In this document: positions 33,944-45,763 of the stretch, piece by piece
Position numbering within the stretch: position 1 is the first letter of the stretch
Layout of the letters: the number at the start of each line of letters is the position of its first letter
DNA from: Botryllus schlosseri
Taxonomy: Eukaryota
Length of the DNA: 60,000 bases
Direction: 5' to 3'
NCBI GenBank assembly: GCA_051294905.1
Contig: CM119371.1
Span: 19,594,001-19,654,000 of the forward strand
The notes under the pieces: generated by a model
The model's input: only the letters and a program-made list of their open reading frames with translations
What the model was told of the DNA's origin: nothing
Database searches by the model: none
Translations under genes and position numbers: made by a program

Positions 33944-36720
33944 CCTTTTATGCTACTACAAAGAATATAATGGCTCTTATCCACCACATTAAAGATACTT
34001 TGGTATACTTTTCGACCATACCGATTTCAATGCAGTTTGTGACAATGTTGTGGGTTGATCATGACTTCGTAAATGTTTTATTTCCATAGTAACGTTCTTA
34101 GCTTTTTGCTATGTTTTGTATGCTTCGATACCGACAATCATGTATTTCAAGGCTACCTCAGTGGAAAATAGTATCGTAAATTCAAGTCTCGTTGATAAAT
34201 TCACTTTCAATTGCGAAGAGCGTATAATTTCATTATTCGGAAAAATCGTCTTTTACTACTCGACTCCAATCATTAAAATTAATATTCGATTCAGATTCGA
34301 GTACTCGAATAATTGTGCCCAGCCATAACTGCTAACAGTGACTCAGCCAGCGGGTGGCTTTTTGGGGTCGGAATCTCCCATTTCAAATTCGAAACCCAGT
34401 TCTTTTGAAATGTCGATTCAATGTCTGATATATTATAGATAACTAACCTACGGATAGATACGCAACACCCGTCGTCACTCTTGCTTGACCGGAGAGAATT
34501 ACTGCTCAGGAATCTGAACGCAACATAATTGCTAATCCCATAGCTGACGACCCGCGCGCTTAAATTCAATAATCTTGATATTATTTGAAAGCTACTGTCG
34601 CACTGATTCCGAAAATATACATTAAAATCCAATCAGGGCAATGGAACTCCCTTGAAATACACCTCAAAGTCAGAAAATCGGCATTGTTCTAAACAATCGC
34701 AGCGACGCAGCACAATGACCATAACAATGGCCCTTGCTTTTGCTGTGCCATCTCTTCCTTGTGCTGTGCGCGTTGTTGATTTGCCATTGTTTCATGTAGA
34801 CTCGCCATCATTGCCTATGCTGCTTCTCTAGAAGCTTCAAAATACCTGAATCCATGCTTTATCTTCGTCGCAGAAATAACTATGAATCCGACTTCTGACA
34901 CCAATTGTTATGTTCTTGATCTTCTTTGACCAATAACTCAATACGACGAGGTTGCAATATGAAATCAGTATATTATCAGCAGATTAACTTTAAGACAAGC
35001 GACACGATCCAGAGTTCATTTAAACGAAAGACCAGTAGACAACAGAACTCAGATAAATACGAAGCACGACACACGAGGAAATAACGATTGGCGGTATTTA
35101 CTAATCCTAGACAAATAAGAAACAAACGATACCAAAGTAAAATGCACGAACATAACATAGCGGTATTTTGGGACGGATTGTTTTATTATTTTTTCAAAAT
35201 TTTCTCTGCACTTCAGTCCGTATTTGGCCCGCGTGCTGCGTGTTTGAGACCCCTGTGTTAGCATATATTACACCGGTGCTATTTGGTGATTTCAAGCGAT
35301 AAAAATATGAGAAATTTTGCGATGAAATTAAGAACACAATAGCAAGTGAACAGCGCTATTCAACTTGTGATGATGCAACTTTTACAATGGCGTAACACAC
35401 TGATAAAAATCATTCACCTTGAAGATGTCCCTGGTGACCCGTCCTCCCAATATGGATGACAGCATTGTCAGAGTTCGATACCATAATCTTCCCACAACCT
35501 TAGTTATCGTGTTTCGAACAGATGGGCGGGTACGATATAGTCTCATATTTAAAATTCATCGCGATCGAAGCAGTTTTCTCGTGAAATACCTTGCGCATAA
35601 TATTTTATAATTATAGTAGCAGAATCCCAAATCTTTCAAGCAGGATTACGCCAGAAGTCTTTTGTGACCATCATCATTATCAGCCTCAGCATCATCATCA
35701 CCATATTTATCTTCCACCTCCTATATTTTCTGAGGCATAGCATTCTAGATATTGCTGACTTCAAGGAATTCTATACATTCTCGTCGGCGCATTTACCATT
35801 ATTATACATCACGACGACATAGTTCACAAGGTAGACTAATTTACGACAGACCTCGTATAGGTAAATTGACGCCAGCACTATCGGACCACAAGCTACCGAA
35901 AGAAAATCCCAAGAACCATATAATCAACACACTCAATATGACTTTTCGTTCGATACTAAGGACGATCATGGTCACCTACAATCAATCCCAGTGACAGAGC
36001 TCGATAAGCGATTGGAATCTAGCTCGAACAAAGATTAAAATATTCAACGAATGACGAACACCATCTAGGATTATTCTGCCGGGCTGCGGGTCAATTAGTA
36101 AATTCGAATTGCATGTTCACTGCATCGTGGCATTACCTCACGTGCTTATTGAATTACGTGTGAACGGCTGCATATGCATTCATCGACGGCCTCATGTTGG
36201 ACACCTGCTGACTATACTAGTTCATTTCGGAACGTTAGCTTCACACGAAATCGAAATTTTCGCGATAAACATGTTTTTGAAACTATCATTGCCTCCTTTG
36301 TCAATGCGGTCGGGCTTCATTTGCTTTCCACTTGAAATATCCTATTACAAACGGGACTTTCTGCGAAACCGATACAAACGTTTTCCCATGACGCACACGG
36401 CTAGAGGTGAACCGAGACTATATATATCCTTAACCGAGCTTGACGTCAAATTTAATATCAGTTTAGGTTCAACTAGCTCGTCAGGTTCAGAGTTTAGCAA
36501 GCCTCTGTTATATATGTTCGGGCAGATGTGGTCAAAGTAATTATCAAGCAGAAGTAGAAATAACGTCGTAAATGTGTGTTGAGATAGCGTGGTGGTATAA
36601 TCCATAGCTGTAGCACCAATAGGTTGCGGGTTCGAGTCCGACCGAGGTCATCCCATCCCAAGAATTGCTACCTAGGTGTTGCAGTTAAATCTGGGATCCT
36701 CGTCGCCAGCGGTGTCTGAT

Positions 36721-37096
36721 TATTATTAATATCATTGACATTTTTACAGTTGTACTTCTCGCCTTTTCCAGGCTATGTGCACCACGACACTAATTTTTGT
36801 AATGTTCATATTTATTTGTCTTTTTTTGGTAATCTTGGGGACGACTTAAATCTTTCTCTTTGTCAATCATCATGCTCTCTCGCACCCATGCGTCCCCGTC
36901 GTGGTCTAGGGTGCCGACTTGTATCACGGCCCACTTTCAGTCTGGGCTTTTCAATGCACTGCAACTGCAGTGAGGTCGACGATGAGGAGCACAGAGAAAC
37001 CTCCGACACATAGAAGTTGGTCCGAACCGGGATTCGAACATCTGCCATTGGTGTAGTGAGGCTGGTGCTTAACCAACTGCGCCACTCGCTTCCCCA
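36721..37096 (-). mobile_element. tRNA-derived SINE inserted into another SINE (about 36585-37170, + strand)
   Basis: A-box TGGCGCAGTTGG and B-box GTTCGAATCC on the minus strand. 13-bp TSD AGCGGTGTCTGAT at 36708-36720 and 37097-37109. Confidence 0.75.
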
Positions 37097-39821
37097 AGCG
37101 GTGTCTGATAAAATCCTAGAAGTGGGCCGTGCTACAACTCGGCATCCACCTAATAAAAAATGAAGAAAATTGGCCAGGTGTAAATTACCATAGTCGTCGA
37201 CAAACACCATGAATATCACAGACAACAACAACGTCGTAAGCATCTACTCTGATAAAGGTAGAAGTAGCGATTTCAGAGTAAGCGAAAAAAGCACGTATTC
37301 TAGGCCTATAGTTTCTCCCAAAAACTGAAAGCTGCTCTGTAAGTAGACAAAAGCTACTCTGAAAAAGTAGAAGTAGCCTACTTCGTTACTCACCCCCTCT
37401 GTGTTTCGGATCATCACTTTTTGGATCAGGATTCGAATCTGTTCGATAAAAAAATCCTAATCGAATTCGGATTCTGTTTCCATCTCGAATGTTAGAATGC
37501 GGAACCGAATTAAGTGTGCTACGAGCAGCACAAGCAGCCTACTCAAAACCCTGTCGTCGATGATTTTATTATGATACTTCATCAATACATTGGGAAGAGG
37601 TCTTAAACTTTTTCGATCGCGGACCCCTTCAAGTTTTATGTGCGGTCGCACGTACCCCCAAAATCTCAGAAGTCGATGACTGGGAGGTAATACCTTCAAG
37701 CCCTACTCTATTTAGGCTATTCCAGTCCGAAAATGATATAACTAATGACTAAACAAGTTTGTCACAGTCCTACACACGACATCATTCTCTGGTTATGCAA
37801 TGTCTCGGTGATGTATTGTCCTTTCATGGACCCCCAAACACTAGATTGTGGACTCCAGCTTATGGGGTGGGCGAGGTGGACGGTCGCCCAGGGCCTCATT
37901 GGTTTTAAGTGCCCTTTTTCAAGGGTTATAGCGAATAGACGTGGAAATCCGTGTAGCAATCAAGAAGACGATTCCGTACAGATTGGTGAATCATCAAATC
38001 TCTGCATTTGTTTGAAAAGTCCCATATCCCGATAATCATCAAGTCTCTGCATGCGGTAGAGGTACTTATCAGTTTTGATGTAGTCTATCCTTGCAACCAT
38101 GCAATAATAGATATGACGTATTGACGTAATCCAGCGCATGGCTCAAACCGTGAGGTGGTGTGCTGCTGGCTTATTACTAATGTCAGCCGATAGCTTTCCA
38201 AATTAGTGTGGTCTATTTAGCCTGCAGCAGTTGTATCGCTATTCTATTATTTCACGCTACATGCCATACATCTTCAACATGAAGGCATGAACTATGTTTA
38301 ACTGTGTCAATTCTATTTATAATTTGACAATGTATGGCTCAGGAGCTAAAGCAATTCAACATTTGGGCCTGCTTCAAAGTCGTGTTATAGTGTCATTTAC
38401 ACATCACGTAATTCCGTTCCATATGGCGCACTATAACATTAAGTTGGTAATAATAGATGCGAAAGGGGAGTCTGGGTGGCGGATCCTCCCAGAAGCTGCG
38501 ATTACGTACTTCTAGCCCCCCAATCGTAGGGCCACCACTGGCGGACCCCTAATGGCTCCGTAGACTCCGGTTTAAGAGCCCCTGTATAGGGGTTACGTGC
38601 AATGAAAGTTAACGAACAAAAATTAAATTTTATCAGTTATAAATTCTTAATTCTTTCTTTTTCCGAACCCGTTACTCGGGCGAAAATAGTAACTCAGTTC
38701 CGTTCGGATCGATTCCTATTATCAATAATTTTATCATTTGATAATCCCACAACATTATGATAAAATGGAAGGATCGAGAAAAATCGAAATGATTTGAAGT
38801 CGTCTCTAAATAAAACAAAACCTAATCGCTGTAAAAAACAAGCATACAAATTGATTAATAATGAAAAGATGATAATGTAATAAGAAGAGATGAAAATGAA
38901 AAGGCATGCGGTTTTCGATTTAGATGTCGGATCGCGGTCAGCTAATCTCGAGCGCAGAGCAGTATCCATTCAATAGCATCGACTTGAACTTTGACTTGCA
39001 TGTGGATAATGCATATGGTCGACGACTATCGGAATACCGACGAAATATTGATCCACAATCGAGGTCCGCCAAACTAAATAGAGCGATGTGTTATTTTGTG
39101 AAAATATCTTGACGCATTGTAATGGTATGATGTGTATGTTGTTATCGTATGTTGCACACGTATGTTGAACTTATTCGCTTCACATTGCGAAATGAAGTGG
39201 TTGAATTTTGCGGCGTTTAGTGCCCGCAATGGGGCTGATACATTAACTTCACAATTTCCGGATTCCTCACATCTTGTATGTTTAGAAAACCAAAGCCCCC
39301 TTCAAGTCCCAATAAGCTATGACACGGAGAACTAGATATTATGTTTTTGTAGTGAGCAAAGTTTTTTTCTCATCGGCAGCACCCCAGTAAGCAGGGCTGT
39401 GGAGTCGGAGTCGGAGTCCGAGTTTCGCTGATTTTCCGCTTAATAGAGTCGGAGTCTCAAATATTTTTTAGCACGGATTGGGGTCGGAGTCGGACTCGTG
39501 AAAACTATAGTGGCTGGGGTCGTAATCGTGGAAAAAATACAGACTGCATGGAGTCGGGGTCGAAGTTTGTAAAAATGACTCCGACTCCGACTCCGAATCC
39601 AACTTCCTTATTATGAAAACAATTGCTTTCAAAGGTACGTTATCTTTAAATTTCTAATATTAACTAAAATAGAATTTTAGGATCACATGAACTATACGCC
39701 GTCATTTCCCGTACACAGGGAACACGAGTAAAACAATGAATCCCCATGTGCATTAATGATCCCCTATGTACGGCCTTTTCTTCAGATGCCTTTTTCTTTT
39801 TGCACTCTCTCGAATGTCATT

Positions 39822-40060
39822 GAAAAAGTGCTGACTCAGCGTATTTCTAGTTACGAGGTTTGAGTTTTTTCCGTCTACTCCCATTATAGAGAAATTCGCA
39901 CATCTCCATAATGTACACTTTTCTTGCCTTATAATCTCAGCAGGTATGGGCCCTTTGTATTCCCTCTATTTTCCAATAAAAAGTGCTGACTCAGCGTATT
40001 TCTAGTTACGAGGGTTGAGTTTTTCCCATCTACGCCCATTACGTAAAATACTTCACTTGA
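39822..40060. repeat. Direct repeat of about 80 bp, period about 156 bp, in the 3' region of the retroelement
   Basis: AAAAAGTGCTGACTCAGCGTATTTCTAGTTACGAGG occurs at about 39822 and 39978. Confidence 0.85.
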
Positions 40061-40229
40061 TACCTATTACAAACACTGGCTCGTCGGGATTATTTTTGTG
40101 TGCCTTATACATATCACAAGGTCACTCAACGATTTACCAATATTACAGAATCACGCTTCACTACTTCACTATAGAAAATAGGTATATCCTGTATTTACAA
40201 CTAATTTTTAAGAACCTAATCTCTAACCT

Positions 40230-40505
40230 TTAAACTCTGTCATTCTCCGTTGTGTTTCGTATTACTCTTGTCGCCATCCATTGCTCTGCTCCGTTTCGTC
40301 TCCTCGTGTTCCTCATGCGACTTAAGGTACTACGTCGACGACACTTTTTATAACTTACCCATGTTACAATCAACGGAGCAATCAACCCTATTACCGCCAC
40401 TAATTCAGTCACGTTTTCTAGGGTAGGTATCAACTTCGCACCTTCAATAATCATCCTATCGATCAAGAACAATCCTCTTACCTTATATTCACCTTCCATC
40501 ATCAC
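40230..40505 (-). CDS. Small single-pass membrane protein in the env position
   Basis: TM segment LVAVIGLIAPLIVTWVSY followed by the polybasic KKCRRRSTLSRMRNTRRR. Confidence 0.55.
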   Translation of the reverse strand: MMMEGEYKVRGLFLIDRMIIEGAKLIPTLENVTELVAVIGLIAPLIVTWVSYKKCRRRSTLSRMRNTRRRNGAEQWMATRVIRNTTENDRV

Positions 40506-40643
40506 CAGTCTTGCAGCCGTTGAGTATAGTTGTAGTCAACGAATTCTGTGGACATCTTCTCCACGGTGGTTCTTGATAGTCGGGGACATTCAGGTACGGA
40601 TGTTCCCACCCCTGGGTTTTTCTGCCCAGACAGTGGCAATGCT

Positions 40644-42875
40644 TCAACCGTTGTTGACCGTAATGGTCATCAGCTCGACACTACTCGTGAATACGTCGTC
40701 CTTGTCGTCTCCTGATGAATACAAAATGGACGTTTCGGCACCTACCTTATTGCCGTCATCCATAGTTCGGTAGTGCGTTCCGATGCCGCTCCCGCCGTCA
40801 TCCGTGAAGTTCTGCAGAGCGTCCGTAGTGGTAACCGGATGCACTGACGTTTCTCTAGGCGTTTCCACCATGATTTTCGTCATTCCGTCGGTTTGGTTCC
40901 GCGCGCGACGAGTTTGCAACTGTTGCTTCCCATGAGTCGCATCAGTTGGTTTGACATTTTCATTTTGTCCCCTTATTTTAACCATCGATCTCAATCGTTT
41001 AAAGGTTTTCGTCAGTTTTAGTTTTACAAAGCATGTCCACAGGTTTAACAACAGTAACCGGTGTGGCCTCTTCCAGTTTTCTTTCTTCAAATCTAAGAGG
41101 GAGAGTACTTCTCTTCCTTGGGCTTCTTTCAATGCCTTCGCCTGGCCCTCCCCCTTCAAATTACAAGGTCCAGATACAAATGGTTTGGTCGAAGGGTCCT
41201 TAAGTTCGATGCCGCATCTGTATGCCATGGCGTGTGAGGAGCCGAGGTGACCACGCAGGTCCTCGAGTTCGGACGCAAACGGCGCGTAGAAGGCTTTCCA
41301 GACTTCATCAGAAATAATGGTATTTTCTGGAGTCGTCAGGTCAGGAGGTTTGTACGGGAGTTTGGCCAGCGCTACATATTGTACACAAATATCTTCAAGT
41401 TCCGTCATGACGCTTGAGTTAGTGTCTTTATGCAAAACATACGCAGTAACTGGTCCAGCCATGGGCTGGTGTGAGCCTCGTGATGATCGAGGTTTTGGTG
41501 TTGGTGGAGAGAGGGCGAGGTCCTTCGATGTAGGCCTCTGATCTCGGCGCGTGCCCGCGTCTACCGTCACGCCGATGGACTCCTTTTCCGCCGGGGACCC
41601 TATTTCTGGGGTGACGTGCATCTTAAAATCCCCAGACTCCTTGTCGGACATGACTGGGCGTGTATCCGGTTGACCGGATATAGCTGCTTTGTTTGAACCT
41701 TCTGGGAAAGTAATCATAACTGTGGCTGTCGTCATGCATCTATGGGCCGAATCATTACAGTTATTCGGACAAGTGCATCCACGAGAGCATTTAGGACCAG
41801 TTTTCTCGTGCAGGTCCTTATTTACGCCAGCGGACATTCCACGCTCGACGTCAGCTGTAGCTGTCGCCATGCATCTATGGGCCGAAGTTCTGCAGTTCTT
41901 CGGACAAGTGCATCCGCGAGAGCTTTTGGGACCAGTTTTCTCGTGCAGGTCTGTATTTACGCCAGCGTGCATTCCACGCTCGACGTCAGCTGTAGTGGTC
42001 GCCATGCATCTATGGGCCGGATTTTTACATTTATCCGGACAAGTGCATCCGCGAGAGTTTTTGGGACCAGTTTTCTCGTGCAGGTCCTTATCTACGCCAG
42101 CGGGCATTCCGCGCTCGACGTCTTCATTAACGGTGTCAGCAGGCATTCCTGCCTCGACACCAACAGTTTTCCATAGGTTCTGGGTGACGTTCGTTGTGAT
42201 TTTCAACTCGTCGTTCGCACCAGTGGTGATTTCCATTTTGGTACTCGCGCCAGCGGTAATTTTCCGCTTCACGCTATCTTGGTTTGCAGCATCCATCAAC
42301 CCATCGTCGATTGCAGTGTAGCTAATACCGCTTTCGACTTCGGTTCCCTTCCATTGATTGCACGGGTTCTCATCATGTAGTGTTACTAAAGACAACTCTC
42401 CATTTGCGTTAGACGGGGTTTTCAATTCCGTAACTATGCTTGGTAATTGTTGGACTCGATCAATCCATTTTAAGCCAATTACATTGAGAGGGACTCCTTT
42501 CCCGGTCGCAAATGGAACCGGTAGTTCGTCAAAATCAATTACAACCAATGAGTCAACGTGGGAGGAGCCCCCTATACCACGTAACTTCATATCTAAAGGT
42601 TGCCGTTCCTCCCAGCTCTTTGGATACATGGCTTTTACGATATTTTTCATAATTAGATTAGGTAGGCTTCCCGTGTCGGCCAAAAATGTCGTACCGGTTG
42701 TTGAATCAGTCAAGTACAAAAGCCGACCGCCGAATAACTCCGTGAAGTCTGGCTGTAGAGGGTTATCCGGTGTATTAAGGGGTAGAGAAGCGTTATGAAC
42801 AATCTTTGCGGGTTGGGGTAATAAATTTTCTGGGAGCTGATTTACCGGATCAATCAGCACCCCCAGTCGTTTTTT
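40644..42875 (-). pseudogene. pol: pro-pol remnant: aspartic protease, 3x45-aa repeat, RT start, then a deletion junction at about 41125
   Basis: Protease FLADTGS...NVIG; RT-start-like CGIELKDPSTKPFVSGPCNL; no YxDD, RNase H or DDE motifs. Confidence 0.8.
41718..42122 (-). repeat. 135-bp coding tandem repeat, three copies
   Basis: CATGCATCTATGGGCCG recurs at 41733, 41868 and 42003. Confidence 0.95.
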
Positions 42876-44575
42876 GAGAGTCTCAACCCTTGTTCAAGTT
42901 CCTCATCCGTCCAGTGTGAGGCGTCATAGTGACGTGGCGGGCGTCGAAATAGCGGTTCCGTCCAGGCCACTTGGCTATTGCTTTGATTTGGCTGTGCAGA
43001 CGGTCCCTGAGGACCCCATTGATCCTTATCATGCCAGTGAGTTCCATCTCTATTTTTTGGCCTAGTGTCATAATAGGCTTCGCACAAGGCAGTTCTCTGT
43101 GTCAGCGAGGGAGAGCCTTGGGCGGCAAGGTATCGGTCGAGGTCCGGGACCGTCAGTATGTTATTCCTCGCAAGGAAAGGCCCCCAATCACGTTCAGCGG
43201 ACTCCTTAACGCGAGTAGGTATTGGTTGTACTCGCTTGCGAACTACCCATCCCAAGGTATCATTCTTGGCAAGCACCTCCTCATTTAGCCGAAGTATGAA
43301 TTTTGCCACGCAATTTCGGGATTGGTGTCCCGGGGCCTTACAGCAAAAACATACGGATAAGGACTGCCCCTGAGGAGGTTCCAGATATAAGCCTAGAGGG
43401 GCGAAGATGTTTGGGTTCCCAAGAAAATTATATCTCTCCCCTTGGCTCTCCGCGATGCGGAGGGCTTCCTGACTGCTTGATGGTGTGATTTCCTGGCCAC
43501 CCCCGCCGATCCCAGAGTCCTGCGTCTTCGTCAGTTGAGGTGTCCGGTTCCAAGTACTTGGTCCCTGACTAGGTTGAGAAGACCTGGAGTTTCGCGTTGG
43601 TGTAACGTTGAGTCCATTCGATGCGTTGCGCACGTTTTGTGGTCGGGCAGGTTTAGCCCTGGGAGTCGGACCACGTCTGCCGAACCCATTGCCAATCATA
43701 ACGTTGGTAAAAAAACGGTTGGTCTTGGTGCCGCGAGGAGGGTTACGTCGTGGCTGTGAAGCTTGCCCGACACCGACGAGCTGCCGTGGCCACATTTCCC
43801 CAGACCGTCCGGGTGGTGTCCCTCCGATCATGTGTAGAGGTGGTTTAGGTGAGGATGGTTGCACCATCAGAAGTGGTGTTATAGTCGGTGGGGGAGGGGT
43901 GTTCAGTCGTCCATCTTCACTCCCGTGAGTAGGGTAACTGTGCATCATGGGTCCTGCAGGTTGAACATAATATATATATACCGGCGGTAGGGAAGGCTTC
44001 GTTTCACGTATTTGACCAGTTCCCTGATTCTTGGAGCGCGTCTCCTGTTCGTCCAGAAATTCAGAGTTCCACACAAGCTGTAGTTCCTCCGCAACTTCCC
44101 GCCAAGTCTTTTTTTCTTCCCAGCCTCGTAGCATTAGTCTGAGTGCCTCTGGTAATCGTTGTCGTAGATTTCGGAAAAGTCGCAGTCCATCCTGGTTATC
44201 CTTAATGTCACTTTCCATGTTTATTTCTAATTGTTTCAAGGCGCTATTTAGCAGCGGTAGGGGTTCGTCCTCCCAGCGGTAATTTCTACGGAAATCCCCA
44301 ATGATCTTTTCATCATTTACCAGGCCCTGGGGGTTAGATAAAGAAAGGGATCTCATCACCGAAGCCCACTCTGTTTCCCCCGAAGTTGTGTTGAAGAAAT
44401 TCCCCAGTTGGGTTGCCTGCTTGTGGCGGCCAGCATCCCTTAACTTCTTCTGCATGGCGTTTGCCAAAATAACATCAGCATCCGTGTTTCCTGGGCCGTG
44501 ACGTATTCGTCTCATCGAATTTGCCATCCATTTCAGAAGTGGCATGTCTCCAGGATCCATCATAAGCTGAAGCAT
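42854..44575 (-). CDS. gag: Gag capsid/nucleocapsid part with CCHC zinc knuckle
   Basis: Helical CA-like region, Pro-rich linker, and the knuckle C(F)CCKAPGHQSRNC (CX2CX4HX4C). Confidence 0.85.
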   Translation of the reverse strand: MLQLMMDPGDMPLLKWMANSMRRIRHGPGNTDADVILANAMQKKLRDAGRHKQATQLGNFFNTTSGETEWASVMRSLSLSNPQGLVNDEKIIGDFRRNYRWEDEPLPLLNSALKQLEINMESDIKDNQDGLRLFRNLRQRLPEALRLMLRGWEEKKTWREVAEELQLVWNSEFLDEQETRSKNQGTGQIRETKPSLPPVYIYYVQPAGPMMHSYPTHGSEDGRLNTPPPPTITPLLMVQPSSPKPPLHMIGGTPPGRSGEMWPRQLVGVGQASQPRRNPPRGTKTNRFFTNVMIGNGFGRRGPTPRAKPARPQNVRNASNGLNVTPTRNSRSSQPSQGPSTWNRTPQLTKTQDSGIGGGGQEITPSSSQEALRIAESQGERYNFLGNPNIFAPLGLYLEPPQGQSLSVCFCCKAPGHQSRNCVAKFILRLNEEVLAKNDTLGWVVRKRVQPIPTRVKESAERDWGPFLARNNILTVPDLDRYLAAQGSPSLTQRTALCEAYYDTRPKNRDGTHWHDKDQWGPQGPSAQPNQSNSQVAWTEPLFRRPPRHYDASHWTDEELEQGLRLSKNDWGC

Positions 44576-45719
44576 CTCTTTTTTCCGATTGGGGTTTAAC
44601 GGGTATGGTGATCATCGGGGCTGTGACACTAGCTTGTTGTCGTGGCCGTTGTTGCCCAGACCTTACACCATTATCTTTTGGAGTAGAAGTAAAACGAGGC
44701 ATATTAGGGTGCCCGGGGCTGTTAGATTGGCCCCCATCAGAATATTCGTCAGTAAAATCATCATGGCTGTAGCTGTCTTGGAGTGACGTTTGGTAATTTC
44801 TTATCTCTTTAGCCAGACGTCGTATTCGAGAATCGAAGTCGTCACTCTCTGAATTGTCCTCGTCGTTTCGCTGGTCCTCCTGTTCCAGAAATGTCACACG
44901 TCTAGATTCGCCATCCGCACTTCTTGCTCTCCTCCGAGAGTCTACCACTGCCGTACGACGGTTCTGGCGGTTTTGCCGTGCCCGATAGCCTCTATACTTG
45001 TCCAGAGGGCCCTTTTCAGGATCTGATTCGGCACGGGATTCGTCTCCCTCAACCCTGACAGGGTTCGGTATTTCGCCGGGCCCCCCTTTTTTCTGCTTGG
45101 CACACGCACCGCCGTCCACATGGAAACACGGTGTCGTTCCCTTACGGGAGCCTAACAACGCAGTCGGTCCTGAATTAGGTATCGTAGGGTATACAGCCTT
45201 TACCGTATGGCAATCTAAGCCTTTCGTGACTGTCATGGTAGGTATTTGCGTTACGTCTTGTAATGAATGTTCAGCAAGAGGATCGTACGCTGGAGGATCG
45301 TAAGCTGGTGAGTTTGGTAGTACAGTCAAAACAGGAGTTGGATTTCTTTCCCTTACAGCTTGCGCATGTGACTTTCCGAGGTCGAACTCTGAAGCAAGAA
45401 TTTCATTTAGTACCTCGGTAGAGACTTTCCCGCTAACCTTCGAAGTGGCATCGCATACTGCTTTGAGGTCGGCTTGAGCTCTCCTGACTTCTTTCTTGGC
45501 CTTTCCCAGCCCCTTCATTGTCTCGGGCAGAGCTGATTTGACTTCTTTTAGTACCTTTGTTTGATCAGCCACGTCTTTTGCCAGCTGTCTTTCTTGTTGT
45601 CTGACGTCTTCATGGCGTTTTTGCGTTACTTTCAGCAGCTTGATACCCTGCTCGAGCTCGTCAGCCGCCTCTGACAGCTTCTTTTTCTTCTTCCTAAAAA
45701 TTTTTAGCATTCTTCGCAT
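44475..45719 (-). CDS. gag: Gag N-terminal part (basic patch, coiled coil, PPAY motif)
   Basis: 414-aa ORF starting MRRMLKIFRKKKKK, with a heptad region and PAYDPPAYDP. It overlaps the next ORF and is probably one gag broken by a frameshift near 44560. Confidence 0.65.
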   Translation of the reverse strand: MRRMLKIFRKKKKKLSEAADELEQGIKLLKVTQKRHEDVRQQERQLAKDVADQTKVLKEVKSALPETMKGLGKAKKEVRRAQADLKAVCDATSKVSGKVSTEVLNEILASEFDLGKSHAQAVRERNPTPVLTVLPNSPAYDPPAYDPLAEHSLQDVTQIPTMTVTKGLDCHTVKAVYPTIPNSGPTALLGSRKGTTPCFHVDGGACAKQKKGGPGEIPNPVRVEGDESRAESDPEKGPLDKYRGYRARQNRQNRRTAVVDSRRRARSADGESRRVTFLEQEDQRNDEDNSESDDFDSRIRRLAKEIRNYQTSLQDSYSHDDFTDEYSDGGQSNSPGHPNMPRFTSTPKDNGVRSGQQRPRQQASVTAPMITIPVKPQSEKRDASAYDGSWRHATSEMDGKFDETNTSRPRKHGC

Positions 45720-45763
45720 AATTTATGTAAATTTTGATTGTCTGTATATTAGTTCCGTGCCTT

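Larger units (their letters stand above)
31396..34327. mobile_element. Non-autonomous hAT element (outer of three nested)
   Basis: TAGGGCTGCAC...GTGCCCAGCCATA with perfect TSD ACTGCTAA. Confidence 0.8.

Noticed and set aside
37020..37095. Additional tRNA genes (also about 28695 and 36585)
   Set aside because: A/B boxes are present but there is no proper cloverleaf; these are SINE heads.
23200..39300. Numerous 60-140 aa ORFs
   Set aside because: They fall in MITE/SINE sequence, lack domains, and are of chance length.
39680..40230. 3' LTR of the retrovirus-like element
   Set aside because: I found no copy of 46149-46450 here or elsewhere. The local 156-bp-period repeat is unrelated.
41689..42321. 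Plus-strand ORFs of 210 and 144 aa
   Set aside because: They are antisense shadows of the 135-bp coding repeat.
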